Source of the DNA: Eledone cirrhosa
Taxonomy: Eukaryota
Length of the DNA stretch: 64,000 nt
NCBI GenBank assembly: GCA_964016885.1
Contig: OZ024742.1
Span: forward strand, 367,040,001 to 367,104,000
Reading direction: 5' to 3'
The notes under the pieces were generated by a model. It was not told the DNA's origin, ran no database searches, and saw only the letters and a program-made list of their open reading frames with translations. This document shows positions 17,700 to 30,319 of this stretch, in pieces (positions within the stretch are counted from its first letter, which is position 1; each line of letters begins with the position of its first letter). The position numbers and the translations under genes were made by a program.

Positions 17700-17763
17700 C
17701 ACACACACACACTAAAACGTGCACATATATATATATATGTATATATACATACACACACACACA

Positions 17764-17803
<40 letters not shown>

Positions 17804-17969
17804 TATATATATTGTAATACTTTGGGAGGGTCATGTTGCCAATAAGAAACACACGCACTAGTTGCTTTCACTTCAATTTATTATAATAACTTTATAATAA
17901 ATTTATAAATTTATAAATTTCTGGTTGGTTGGTTGGTTGGTTCCACAACCAGATAGTTGTTTATATATT

Positions 17970-18012
17970 GTCATAGTTCTTTCGTCACACACTCTGTGAC
18001 CTCTTCAGTGAC
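17970..18012 (-). ncRNA. Hammerhead ribozyme in the 3' pLTR
   Basis: GTCA-CTGAAGA-G-GTCACA GAGTG TGTGAC-GAAA-GAAC-TA-TGAC; predicted CUA cleavage triplet. Confidence 0.85.
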
Positions 18013-18213
18013 TGGGGATTCCTTTCTTTGTTTCTGTGCCTCTCCTTTGTTCTGTCCTACGCCATTTTGTTTCTGTGTGTGTGTTGTGTGCTCAGTCTGC
18101 GCATGCGTCACATCCGGGTGTCTGTGTGTGTTTATGTTCATTTATTTATTTGTTTATTTACATGTTACTGGTTGGTTGTTTGTTCTATGTGTGTGTGTGT
18201 TTTCATTTTGTCC

Positions 18214-20910
18214 TTAATTGTAAGTTGTGATGTTGCTGTTCCACTCATATTTTCTATTTAATTTTGGTTGTAATTCTTTTATGTTTATTGCCTCTGTAAT
18301 TTGTTTAAACATTGCGTCTTTTCTGTGTGTAGATTCTATTTTTATTTCTATGTTCTCTAATTTACCCTTGTGTTCTATTTTAGCATGTTGGTAAAGTACA
18401 GATGATTCTTTACTATCTTGAAGGTCTCGCCAGTGTTCATTTATCCGTTCCCCTACACTACGAGCTGTCTCACCTATGTACACTATATTTTTGTCTCTAC
18501 ATTGTCCTTCAGTACATCTTATGCTATACACTACATTTCTAGTTTTACAGTTAATATGGAGGCTTATTTTACAGGTTATACATTTCTGATCTATACATGA
18601 GGGTCTTTGAAAAGGGTATGTCTTGCTAATGAGTGTTTTTACGGAGGTACCTGGTCTTTCTACTATCTTAATATTGAGTTTATCTTTATTTAGGGCCCTT
18701 CTAAATTTGTAAGCTAATTCACCTCTAGGGGTTGTATCGATGAACATTACACTCTGGTATTTATTGCTATCATACCATGAGTTTATTCTATTAGCCTTGT
18801 TCCTAGTTCTTTCTATTCTATTCCAAAATTTGCTCCTATACAAGGGGCAGGTCCCATTTATGTCATTATTTACTATTTTTTCCCATTTGGTTCTGGCTCC
18901 TCTATACACTCTGATTTTATCTCTCTGATTGTAGCCAGAGAACTGCATACGGTGGATGAAGTGTTGTATGTGTCTCTCTAGTTCTTCGGGGTTGCACATG
19001 CGGGACACGTTTCTCATCACCCGTACCAAATCCGCAATCAGTATGTTGATTTTGGTATGGTCCGAAACGGCCGAGTTTCGGTGGATCAGATGTTTGGAAG
19101 TCATGGGTTTGGCATAATGGGAATGGAGGATTTGTTTTATGTTATTAATGGTATCTAACCAGAGCTCTGTGTCTAGTACAGGTAATCGATGGTTGGGGTG
19201 TTTACTTGGGTAGTCTATAGTAACTCTAATGCTCTGATGGATGGAGTTAGCTATTTGCTGGATGCTTTCCATCGTGTTTTTCTCTAGTTCCTGACTGTTC
19301 TCTAGTGGGGGTGTCTTAACTACGATGTTTATATCATCAACGTAGCAGGAGTACATTATCAGGGTTAAGGGGTCTTCTAATTGTTCATTAAGTTTAAGTT
19401 TAAGTCTACTGTCCCACCATACCATGAATAAGTTAGCTATGTCGCCTGCAATGCTAACACCAATGGCTGCTCCTTCCTCTTGGGAATATGTTTTTCCATT
19501 AAATTTGAATATATGTTCCTTAAGAGTTAGTTTCATGCTAGCCCCTACCGCATGTGCAATCATTTTCTTCAGTTCATTGTGGTTTTCGGGTGTCGGTATG
19601 GCTCTGGTACACCCGTTCCATCTATCTGTGTAGGTTTTCTTGGCCATTGAGGTAATGGTAGGTGGTCTGCCTCTTGCTGGTCTTGTAGGGCACAGGCTGC
19701 TAAGGTTATATGTGTCTAGGTAATTATTACTATAGGTAAGTTTAAGTAGGAGTCCCAGCTCACTGGTATCAATCCCACGGAACTCAACATTCCTCTCACT
19801 GATCATTTCTACGCATTTCTCCACAGCAAAATCCACGTCAATAGATGGATACAGGGACACAACATCCATACTACCTATTATGCAGTTTGTTAGGTCCCCA
19901 GATCGGTTACTCACGCCGATTCTGCTGAGGAGGTCCTCCGTGCTGTCACATACATCTGGGGACATTTCAATGATGGGGCGTATGATCAGGGAGAGGAAGT
20001 AGGACAGTCTGTAGTTACTAGCAATGTTAGCTCCACAGACTGGCCGTGTTGGTGGTCCCGCGACCGGGTCACTGCCCGTTTTATGGTCTTTTCGAAGCCC
20101 ATACAACGCCGGCACGTCATTGTTCCAGGCTTGGAAGTTGTTGGCAGTCCTTTTGTTGGGCTGCATTATATTCGTCCACATCACCATATGGGCATTGAGG
20201 GCTTTTTCTCTATCCTCATGCTCCTGTGGTGTTACCTCTCTTGTGTTAGTGATGTGGGGTTGCATTGCCTGGATGTAGTTTGGCAGGCTGTCAACCGACA
20301 TTCTGCCAGACTTGTCTGTTGGAAAGCATGCTATCTCTCCATTACGCGAGTGCTGCATGAGCTTACGCAAGCCATTTGCAGATTTTTCTCCCAGTTGCTG
20401 GGCCTCTATTCTATTATGCTTCTTGCTATACTGTTCTATAATATTTCTAAGTTCGGATCTAGCTATACTAAATTGTGCTTCTCTTTGTTCATCGACCTGC
20501 GACGGCAATTGCATGCGTTTGTAAAATGGTAAAGTCGTGGCGTGGACTCGTCGCAGGTCGAACGATTTATCGGAGGGATTATAAAAAGTAGAGTTCCAGG
20601 CTGCTGCTTTATGTGTACTAGTGCTATTGTTATTGTTAGTTGTGTTGTTTCTATTTCTATTTCCACCAACAGCCTCATGGTTGTTTCTATGTCTCTCATA
20701 ATTACTCCTGTCTCTTTCCACTGGCTCATTGTTGTTATCTACCCTATTTTGTGTGTCTGTGTGTTCGTCTTGGTCATTTTCTTTGTCCTTAGTCTCCCTT
20801 CTCCTTTTAATCCTATTACTTTCCCTTATTTCTGTGATTTCTGTGCTACTGTCATTACTTGTTTTCAGTGTCTGTGTGTTTGTTAAGATTGTGGTGGTGG
20901 TGAGAGGCAT
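18214..20910 (-). CDS. PLE polyprotein: reverse transcriptase + Cys linker + GIY-YIG endonuclease
   Basis: Motifs PTDKSG, LYGLRKDHK, TRPV, SMDVVSLYPSI, QEEGAAIG, YVDD, LPVLD, linker CIDQKCITC, and NVVYSIRC...YIGETARSVGERINEH...EAINI..LN. The true start is probably in the upstream frame. Confidence 0.92.
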   Translation of the reverse strand: MPLTTTTILTNTQTLKTSNDSSTEITEIRESNRIKRRRETKDKENDQDEHTDTQNRVDNNNEPVERDRSNYERHRNNHEAVGGNRNRNNTTNNNNSTSTHKAAAWNSTFYNPSDKSFDLRRVHATTLPFYKRMQLPSQVDEQREAQFSIARSELRNIIEQYSKKHNRIEAQQLGEKSANGLRKLMQHSRNGEIACFPTDKSGRMSVDSLPNYIQAMQPHITNTREVTPQEHEDREKALNAHMVMWTNIMQPNKRTANNFQAWNNDVPALYGLRKDHKTGSDPVAGPPTRPVCGANIASNYRLSYFLSLIIRPIIEMSPDVCDSTEDLLSRIGVSNRSGDLTNCIIGSMDVVSLYPSIDVDFAVEKCVEMISERNVEFRGIDTSELGLLLKLTYSNNYLDTYNLSSLCPTRPARGRPPTITSMAKKTYTDRWNGCTRAIPTPENHNELKKMIAHAVGASMKLTLKEHIFKFNGKTYSQEEGAAIGVSIAGDIANLFMVWWDSRLKLKLNEQLEDPLTLIMYSCYVDDINIVVKTPPLENSQELEKNTMESIQQIANSIHQSIRVTIDYPSKHPNHRLPVLDTELWLDTINNIKQILHSHYAKPMTSKHLIHRNSAVSDHTKINILIADLVRVMRNVSRMCNPEELERHIQHFIHRMQFSGYNQRDKIRVYRGARTKWEKIVNNDINGTCPLYRSKFWNRIERTRNKANRINSWYDSNKYQSVMFIDTTPRGELAYKFRRALNKDKLNIKIVERPGTSVKTLISKTYPFQRPSCIDQKCITCKISLHINCKTRNVVYSIRCTEGQCRDKNIVYIGETARSVGERINEHWRDLQDSKESSVLYQHAKIEHKGKLENIEIKIESTHRKDAMFKQITEAINIKELQPKLNRKYEWNSNITTYN

Positions 20911-21374
20911 TGAATGTGTGTGTGTGTTGTTGTTGTTGATGTGTGCTGTTGTTGATGTGTGTTGTTGTTGTCTCCGTGTGTGTTATTATTGTTGTGTGTG
21001 TTGTTATTGTTGTTTGTGTCTGCGTGTCTGTTGTTGTTGTTTCTGGGTATGTTATTATTGTTGTTGTTGTTGGTGTGTGTGTTGTTGTTATTGTTGTTTG
21101 TGTCTGTGTGTCTGTTGTTGTTGGGATGTGTGTTGTATATGTGTGTGCGTATATTGTTGCTTTTGTTTTTGTTTTTGTTTTTGAGGCTCCAGCGTAGTTT
21201 TGTAAATGATTTTTCTATTTCTGACAGACAACTAATCATATTTACCTTCTTGAATGTCGCAAATTTCGGGGGTAGACATAATACAGATAACTCATCGTCA
21301 TCTATTATTGTGTTGCCGTATATATTTGTGTTGTTGTTGTTGTTGAACTCATCTGTTAATGAGGTGTCGGCCAT
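20883..21374 (-). pseudogene. N-terminal part of the PLE ORF, frameshifted within an Asn/Thr microsatellite tract
   Basis: ELSVLCLPPKF...IEKSFTKLRW resembles the PLE N-terminal domain and overlaps the main ORF within (AAC/ACAC)n. Confidence 0.65.
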
Positions 21375-21595
21375 ATTTATACCGTCAATTTTGTCGGGAT
21401 ATCTATAGTATCCTGATTTAGCTTTATCTGCTTAAGCCACTTTAATTTCTTGTTAAAGTGCTTATCTCATTCTTGAGTAAAGTACTGTTCTTCAGGACGT
21501 ATAAGGCTTATAAATATTAGTTTCTCTCTTGGTGTGGTGATCTTAGCTATTTCTTGTATTGGTTGGTTCCACAACCAGATAGTTGTTTATATATT

Positions 21596-21638
21596 GTCAT
21601 AGTTCTTTCGTCACACACTCTGTGACCTCTTCAGTGAC
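21596..21638 (-). ncRNA. Hammerhead ribozyme in the 5' pLTR
   Basis: Same motif as 17970-18012. Confidence 0.85.
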
Positions 21639-21850
21639 TGGGGATGCCTTTCTTTGTTTCTGTGTCTCTCCTTTGTTCTGTCCTACGCCAGTTTGTTTCT
21701 GTGTGTGTGTTGTGTGCTCAGTCTGCGCATGCGCCACATCCGGGTGTCTGTGTGTGTTTATGTTCATTTATTTATTTATTTATTTACATGTTACTGGTTG
21801 GTTGTTTGTTCTATGTGTTGGTTCCACAACCAGATAGTTGTTTATATATT

Positions 21851-21893
21851 GTCATAGTTCTTTTGTCACACACTCTGTGACCTCTTCAGTGAC
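21851..21893 (-). ncRNA. Second tandem pLTR hammerhead with a core mutation (GAAA to AAAA)
   Basis: Same motif 255 bp away; TTTTGTC replaces TTTCGTC on the + strand. Confidence 0.7.
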
Positions 21894-22339
21894 TGGGGAT
21901 TCCTTTCTTTGTTTCTGTGTCTCCTATTGCTAAACAAATTCAGAAACGAAATATATATATAGTTTTAGATAAAAACCTATAATTGCGCATATGTCAATAT
22001 ACACGGGAGAAACGTTACAATTAGATATACACACTGGAACATACACACAGGCGCACACATATACACATACACACAGGCACACACACACACACACACATAC
22101 ATGCACACACGCACACATACACATACACACAGGCATATACACATACACACAGGCACACACATACAGACTGGCACACACATACATACACAGAGGCACACAC
22201 ATATACACATACACACAGGCACACACATACACACATACACACAGGCACACACATACGGTTATGCAGGAAAAAGTATGAAACAACAAATTCAAAAAATCTG
22301 CACAAAATATCGGAAAGGCCGTCATATTTCTGTGTGGAA

Positions 22340-23691
22340 TATATAACAACAACAACAACTATAACAACAACAACAACAACAACAACAACAACTATAACAA
22401 CTATAACAAAAACAACTATAACAACAACAACAACAACTATAACAACAACAACAACAACAACTATATCAACAACAACAACAACAACTATATCAACAACAAC
22501 AACAACAACAACAACTATAACAACAACAACAACTATAAAAACAGCAACAACTATAACAACAACAACAACTATATCAACAACAACAACAACTATAACAACA
22601 ACAACAACTATAACAACAACAGCTATATCAACAACAACAACAACAACTATAACAACAACAACAACTATAACAGCAACAACTATATCAACAACAACAACAA
22701 CTATAACAACAACAACTATAACAACAACTATAACAGCAACAACTATATCAACAACAACAACAACTATAACAACAACAACAACTATATCAACAACAACAAC
22801 AACTATAACAACAACAACAACAACAACAACAACTATAACAGCAACAACTATAACAACAACAACTATAACAACAACAACTATAACAACAACAACTATAACA
22901 GCAACAGCTATATCAACAACAACAACAACAACTATAACAACAACAACTATAACAGCAACAACTATATCAACAACAACAACAACTATAACAACAACAATAA
23001 CAACTATAACAACAACAACTATAACAGCAACAACTATAACAACAACAACTATAACAACAACTACTATAACAACAACTATAACAACAACAACAACTATAAC
23101 AACAACTACTATAACAACAACAACTATAACAACAACAACTATAACAACAACTATAACAACAGCAATAACTATAACAACAACAACGACTATATCAACAACA
23201 ACAACAACTATAACAACAACAACTATAACAACAACAACTATAACAACAACAACAACTATAACAACAACAACTATAACAACAACAACAACTATAACAACAG
23301 CAACAACTATAACAACAACAACAACTATATCAACAACAACAACTATAACAACAACAACAACAACTATAACAACAACAACTATAACAACAACAACAACAAC
23401 AACTATATCAACAACAACAACAACTATAACAACAACAACTATAACAACAACAACAACTATATCAACAACAACACCACCAACAACACCAACAACAACACCA
23501 ACATCACCAACAACACCACCAACAACAACAACAACAACTATAACAACAACAACTATAACAACAACAACAACAACAACAACAACTATAACAACAACAACTA
23601 TAACAAAAACAACAACAACAACTATAACAACAACAACTATAACAACAACAACAACAACAACAACAACAACTATAACAACAACAACAACTAT

Positions 23692-23723
<32 letters not shown>

Positions 23724-24102
23724 CTATAACAACAACAACTATAACAACAACAACAACAACAACAACAACTATAACAACAACAACTATAACAACAACAACT
23801 ATAACAACAACAACTATAACAACAGCAACAACTATATCAACAACAACAACTGTAACAACACCAACAACAACTATAACAACAACAACTATAACAACAACAA
23901 CAACTATAACAACAACCACAACAACAACAACAACAACAACAACTATAACAACAACAACTATAACAACAACAACTATAACAACAACCACAACAACTATAAC
24001 AACAACAACTATAACAACAACAACAACAACAACAACTATAACAACAACAACTATAACAACAACAACAACAACAACAACAACAACTATAACAACAACAACT
24101 AT

Positions 24103-24134
<32 letters not shown>

Positions 24135-24935
24135 CTATAACAACAACAACTATAACAACAACAACTATAACAACAACAACTATAACAACAACAACTATAA
24201 CAACAGCAACAACTATAACAACAACAACAACTATATCAACAACAACAGCAACTATAACAACACCAACAACAACTATAACAACAACAACTATAACAACAGC
24301 AACAACTATAACAACAACAACAACTATAACAACACCAACAACAACTATAACAACAACAACTATAACAACAGCAACAACTATAACAACACCAACTATAACA
24401 ACAACAACAACTATAACAACAGCAACAACTATAACAAGAACAACTATAACAACAACAACTATAACAACAACAACAACTATAACAACACCAACAACCACTA
24501 TAACAACAACAACTATAACAACAGCAACAACTATATCAACAGCAACAACTATAACAACAACAACAACTATAACAACAACAACAACTATATCAACAACAAC
24601 AACAACTATATCAACAACAACAACTATAACAACACCAACAACAACTATAACAACACCAACAACAACTATAACAACAACCACAACAACTATAACAACACCA
24701 ACAACAACTATAACAACAGCAACAACTATAACAACAACAACAACTATATCAACAACAACAACTATAACAACACCAACAGCAACTATAACAACAACAACAA
24801 CTATAACAACAGCAACAACTATAACAACAACAACAACTATAACAACACCAACAACAACTATAACAACAACAACAACTATAACAACAACAACAACAACTAT
24901 AACAACAACAACAACAACTATAACAACAATAACAA
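22340..24935. repeat. (ACA)n/ACT-ATA compound trinucleotide array
   Basis: Direct sequence; it generates the poly-Thr and poly-Val pseudo-ORFs. Confidence 0.95.
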
Positions 24936-25620
24936 TAATTGTTTCTACTTTAGGCACGAGGACAGCAATTTCGGGGGTGGAAAAGATCGATGAAATCAAC
25001 TCCAGTGCATGACTGGTACTTTGTTTTATCGACCCCGTAAGGATGAAAGGCAAATCTAACCTCGGCGGGATTTGAACTCAGAACCTAAACGGCCGTTACT
25101 CTATGCCACGAAGCATGGTGTTAGACGCTCTACTGATACTGCCAATTCTAATTATAATAATTGTTTCTACATTTGGCACAAGGCCAGCAATTACCCAGTA
25201 CATTACTGGTAATTTATTTTATCGACTCAGTAAGGGGTTTGAACTCAGAATGGCAAGGGCCGTAACTCTATGCGTCAAATTATAATAATGCTTTGATTGA
25301 AGCAAATCGCCAACAAATTTGAGGGAGGGGAAAATCAATAAAATCGATCCAGTTTGTTACTGGTACTTTATCTTGTTGACCCCATAAGGATGAAATGCAA
25401 AGATAACCTTGGCGGGATTGGAACTCAGAACGTAAAGGGACGTAACTCTATGCCACAAAGCACATTGTCCGACGATCTACCGATACTGGTAATCCAATAA
25501 TAAAAAAGATTATGATTTAGGCCCAATTTTAGGGAGGAGAGAAGTTGATTAAATCTACCTACTTCTTACCTGGTACATTATTTTATTGGACTTGGAAGGA
25601 CGAAAGATAAATTTGACCAC
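24936..25620 (-). mobile_element. Cluster of about 4 tandem tRNA-derived SINE copies (Meta-SINE/MESC-like central domain)
   Basis: The reverse complement has A-box-like TGGCAGTATC, B-box-like GAGTTCAAATCC and GCCTTTCATCCTTACGGGGTCGATAAA..AGTACCAG. The domain name is from recall. Confidence 0.8.
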
Positions 25621-25939
25621 TGGGCAGCATATCATAAATTAAAACAGAAGGACATCGTTGATGTATATCTAAACTTGACCGATAACCTTGACCAACGAAC
25701 GAACATTTCATCTATTGAAATACGGCAATAAAACACTAGGAAAATAAATGTTTATTTCCACGTAAGATAAAAGGAGGCTGAAGAATTTGTGGAGGAGAGG
25801 ATAACCAGGAATCAATCACAATAAGGTCCGGCTAATTTGACAAATGGCCTAATCAATAATATTAGTAAAGACGCTCACTAGAATGTAGGGAGGAATTGAA
25901 AAATACTATTAATATAAGTTGACCGAATTTAAGAAACGA

Positions 25940-26125
25940 TAGATTGGCAGTATCTGTAGAGCGTTAGACATGCTTAATGGCATAGGGTAACACCCCTTTA
26001 CGTTCTGTGTTCAAATCTCGCCGAGGTTAGCTTTGCTTTTCATCCTTACGGGGTCGTAAAATGAAGTACCAATAACGTACTGGGGTCGATTTAATCGACT
26101 TTCTCCTCCCATCAAGTCAGAAACC
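25940..26125 (+). mobile_element. tRNA-derived SINE (same family)
   Basis: TTGGCAGTATC...GTTCAAATCTCGCCGAGG...CATCCTTACGGGGTCG. Confidence 0.8.
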
Positions 26126-26333
26126 AATATATGTTGACCTCATTTGGACACTCACCTACATCAACCTACGTTCATCCTAATTTCAGAAACTCTATAAAGT
26201 ACCGTCTGATGAAGTCACACCAATCTAGGTTATTGTTACGTAACGATTGGATGGAGGATTAGAAATAACGGGCGTTATTCAATAAATTAAAGAATGGAAT
26301 ATTAGAATTGTGTTCGTATTTAACATATTATAT

Positions 26334-26508
26334 AATTGTTTCTACTTTTGGCACAAGGCCAGCAATTATCTCAGTGTATTACTGGTACTTTATTTTATCG
26401 ACCACGTAAGGATGAAAGGCAAAGGTAACCTCGGCAGATCATAAAGGGCCATAACTCTATTCTGCAAAGCATAGCGCCGGAAACCTCTACCGATACTGCC
26501 AATCCAAT
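26334..26508 (-). mobile_element. tRNA-derived SINE (same family)
   Basis: AATTGTTTCTACTTTTGGCACAAGGCCAGC...CTACCGATACTGCCAATCC. Confidence 0.8.
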
Positions 26509-26750
26509 ATTATATATCTATTAAGAGTAGTTAAGTCGGGGTTATTCCACCACAAAGTAATTATGAAATAACCCCTTCTTAACTACACTTAAATGAACAC
26601 TCCGTCACACCCAGTCACAAAATCTTCATAAATCTATTCCCCACTCAGGAGAATTTCAAAACAGCACCAAAGACATATAATGTGGTTAGTTGCATCGACA
26701 TTTCTCAGACATAAAGTTGGAGTCGGCTTATATTCGGATTGGCTATATGA

Positions 26751-26804
<54 letters not shown>

Positions 26805-26814
26805 ATATATATAT

Positions 26815-27055
26815 AAATTAATAAAAACAATGAAATAAAAACAAAGAACAAGTTCCTTATATTAAAATATTCATCTTTTTACGATCGTTTCTGAGATGTA
26901 TGCGTGTTGGTATGTATATCATATAGATCTATGTAAAAATATTACAAATTATCAGAGGAAATATACATACCTTCACATATACATCCGAGAAACGATCGTA
27001 AAATGATGAATTTTTTAATATAAGGAACTTGTTCTTTGTTTTTATTAATTTATAT
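26815..27055. mobile_element. Fold-back element in (TA)n with a decayed hammerhead 3' half
   Basis: Inverted arms at about 26815-26919 and 26961-27055; GAAAC-GATC-GTA palindromic stem III. Confidence 0.7.
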
Positions 27056-27065
27056 ATATATATAT

Positions 27066-27198
27066 AATTGTTTCTACTTTTGGCACAAGGCCAGCAATTA
27101 TCCAGTACATTACTGGTACTTTATTTTATCGACCCCATAAGGATGAAAGGCAAAGTTAACCTCGGCGGGATTTGAACTCAGAATGGCAAGGGCCGTAA
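27066..27198 (-). mobile_element. tRNA-derived SINE, 5'-truncated
   Basis: Same family motif. Confidence 0.8.
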
Positions 27199-27224
27199 TA
27201 TATATATATATAATGATATATATA

Positions 27225-30200
27225 TATTGTTATACTTGGAGAGGGTCATATTGTTGTAATAATATTGCCAGAAATAATAACAGAACACATTCACTGTTTG
27301 GTTGGTTTTCGCTTCTGTATCTTTTATATCTCCACAGTTAATTCATTTGGCCATCAATGTTTATCATTGACTGACCAACGGTCAAAAATACAGATATAAT
27401 ATAGATATAAGCATATATATATATATAGTCTAACAAAGTTCTTTCGTTGCACATCTGCAACATCGTCAGTGGTGCTATTATGTTTCCTCCTGTTGTATTG
27501 TATATCTACGCCATTTTTATTTTATCTGTTTATTTATTTAGTTTTGTCTTCTTCTCTGCGCATGCGTTTGCGTGTGTGTATAGTGTTTGGTGTGTGTTCA
27601 CCTTTGGGTGACTGTGTTTTGGTTATTGTATTCTATCTCGTTTACTAGTGTGTGTTTATATGTATTTGTTGTTATTGTGCTTGTGTATATATTTATTTAT
27701 TTATTTATTTATATTTCTCTTTAAGTCAGTATTATTTGTTTGGGTGTTTTATTCCATTTTTTCTGTTTAGCTTTGGCCTTCTAAGCTCTATTTCGCTTGC
27801 CTCTCTCATTTGCCTATCTGCTGGGCCATTTCTATGTTTAGATATTATTTTAATTTCTATGTTGTCTATGTTACCGTCATCTTGTTGTCTGGCGTGTTTG
27901 TATAGTACTGAACTGTTTTTTCGTACTTTTAGCCCCCCCCCCCCACACACACTCAGTTGGTCTATTCTTTCTCCTATGCTACGAGCTGTCTCGCCTATGT
28001 ATGTTGTTGTCATGTTTCTGCAGGTACCCTCTGTACATCTTATACTATAGACTACGTTTCTAGTTTTACAGTTTATCTGGGGGTTTACTTTACATATAAC
28101 ACATATCCTATTAGTACAGTGGGTTTTCTTAAAAGGGTATGTTTTGCTATCAGGGATTTTATGGTAGTTCCTGGCTTTTCTACCACTTTAATCTTAAAGT
28201 GGGTCTTTCTCAAAGCCTTTCTACACTGGTTAACTAATTTCCCTCCAGGGTTAGCGTCCACGAACATGCCACTCTGGTATCTCTGGTATCTCTGGTATCA
28301 TGAGGTGACTTTCCCTATCTTATGTTTAGTCCTATCTAAGCTATTCCATGATTTGCTCCTGTATAATGGGCTAATTCCTTTCATGTCCAGTTCTATGAGG
28401 GTCTTATACTTCTCTATGGCTCCTTCGTATACTCTGATTCTGTCTCTTTGGTTGTAGTCAGAGAACTGCATGCGGTTGATGAAGTGTTGGATGTGTCTTT
28501 CCATTTCTGTTGGGTTGCACATGCGGGACACGTTTTTCATCACTCGTACCAAGTCTGCGATCAGAATATTAAACTTAGCACTACTGGATATTGCTGAGTT
28601 TTTGAGTAACAACTATTTGGAGGCCATGGGTTTAGCGTAGTGTGGGTGGAGAATTTGGGCCCTCTCGTCTATAGAGTTAATCCAGAGTTCCGTGTCTAAT
28701 ACAGGTAGTCTACTGTTAGGGTGTTTGGAAGGGTAGTCGATAGTTACAGTTATACTCTGGTGTATGGAATTAGCTATCTGCTGCATGCTTTCCATTGTGC
28801 TACATTCTAAATCATACTTGTTAGTGCTCTCTTGTGGGGATGTCCTTATTACTATATTGATGTCGTCTACATAACGAAAGTAAATGATGAGGTCTATGGA
28901 GCTCTCATCAAGGAGATCTTTGAGTCTCCTTTCCCACCATACCATAAAAAGGTTGGCAACGTCACCAGCTATGCTGACGCCAATGGCTGCTCCCTCACTT
29001 TGGGTGTAGATCTTTCGTTGAATTTGAATATGTGGCCCTTTATGATAGTTTTAATACTAGCCCCTATTGCATGCGCGACCATTTTTCTTACCTGATCATT
29101 GTTTTGGGGGGTCAGTATGGCTTTGGTCCACCCAATCCACCTTCCCATGGGTGTCCTTTTTGCCATTGAGGTTATGGTGGGGGGTCTACCTCTTATGGGT
29201 TTACTGGGGCAGAAACGGCTAAGATCATGACTGTCTAGGTAGTCAGTGTCGTAGGTAAGTCTAAGTAGGAGGCCCAGTTCATCTGTGTCGACGTCGCAGA
29301 ACTCCACCTCACTTTCACTGATCATCTCCACACATTTTTCCACAGCAAAATCAATGTTAATAGATGGGTATAGTGATACCCCGTCAATGCTGCCTATTAT
29401 GCAGTTAGATAGGTCTTGGTTTTTATTACATTCATTGATTCTGCTGTACGGTCACATACATCTGGGGACATCTTGATTATGGGGCGTATAACCATTGAGA
29501 GAAAGTTTGAGATCCTGTATTTGCTAGCGATATTGGCTCCGCATACATGTCTTGTTGGTAGTCCTGTTATCGGGTCGTCGACTGTCTTATGGTCTTTGCG
29601 GAACCCATACAAGGGTGGTATGTCATTGTTAGACGGAAGTTGTTGGCAGTGCGTCTGCTTGGCTTTAGGATGTCGGTCCACATCATCATGTGAGTGTTGA
29701 TGATCTTCTCTTCCCTTATGTGTCTATTGACATCCTACCAGACTTATCTGTGGGTAGACATACTACTTCACCATCCCTTGTGCGCTGCTTGAGGATAACC
29801 AAGCCTTCTATAGGTTTCCGCCCAAGTTGTTGGACATCTGGTCTGTTTTGTCTTTTAGTATACCGGTCTACTATTTGTTCAATCTTATTTCTAGCTATGG
29901 TGAACTGTGCCTCTGTCTAGCCATCTATTTGTTGTGGTATACAATTCCTTGTATTAAAGGGTAACCTCGTTAGATAAATTTTACTAATCTTATGTTTTGT
30001 CAGCTGGATTGAAGAATAGTTTCTCTAAGGGGTTGTCATTATATCTATCGTCATAGTTGTGTGTGTTGCTATTATTGTTATTATGGTTGTTGTTGTTCCT
30101 ACCATTAACATTATTATTATTGTTATGATTGTTAGATGTATTGTTGTTGTTTTCTCTATTGTTATTGTTGTTGTTACTGTTATTTCTACCATTGTGGTTG

Positions 30201-30269
30201 TTACTTTTATTATTATGTTTCTTGTTTTTGTTGTTGTTTTTGTGTCTATCATTAATGTTGCTACTCGTA

Positions 30270-30275
<6 letters not shown>
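27225..30275 (-). mobile_element. Second Penelope-like element (related subfamily), decayed and 5'-truncated, flanked by (TA)n
   Basis: Fragmented ORFs colinear with the first PLE (LYGFRKDHK, CGANIAS, YVDDINIV, LPVLDTELW, YIGETARSIGERI). Similar 3' terminus ATTGTTATACTTGGAGAGGGTCAT. Confidence 0.92.
27432..27473 (-). ncRNA. Hammerhead ribozyme in the pLTR of the second PLE
   Basis: ACCA-CTGACGA-T-GTTGCA GATG TGCAAC-GAAA-GAAC-TT-TGTT; stem II covaries with the first PLE. Confidence 0.75.

Positions 30276-30319
<44 letters not shown>

Larger units (their letters stand above)
17810..21955 (-). mobile_element. Penelope-like element (Neptune-like), near full length, with pseudo-LTRs, inserted in (TA)n
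   Basis: RT+GIY-YIG ORF, a 3' pLTR at about 17810-18190, direct pLTR copies at 21560-21925, hammerheads in each pLTR, and (TA)n on both flanks. Confidence 0.93.

Noticed and set aside
22021-25053. 892-aa Thr-rich mucin-like ORF and 1010-aa Val-rich ORF
   Set aside because: Stop-free trinucleotide array open on both strands; the frame runs into a SINE and has no signal peptide or domain.
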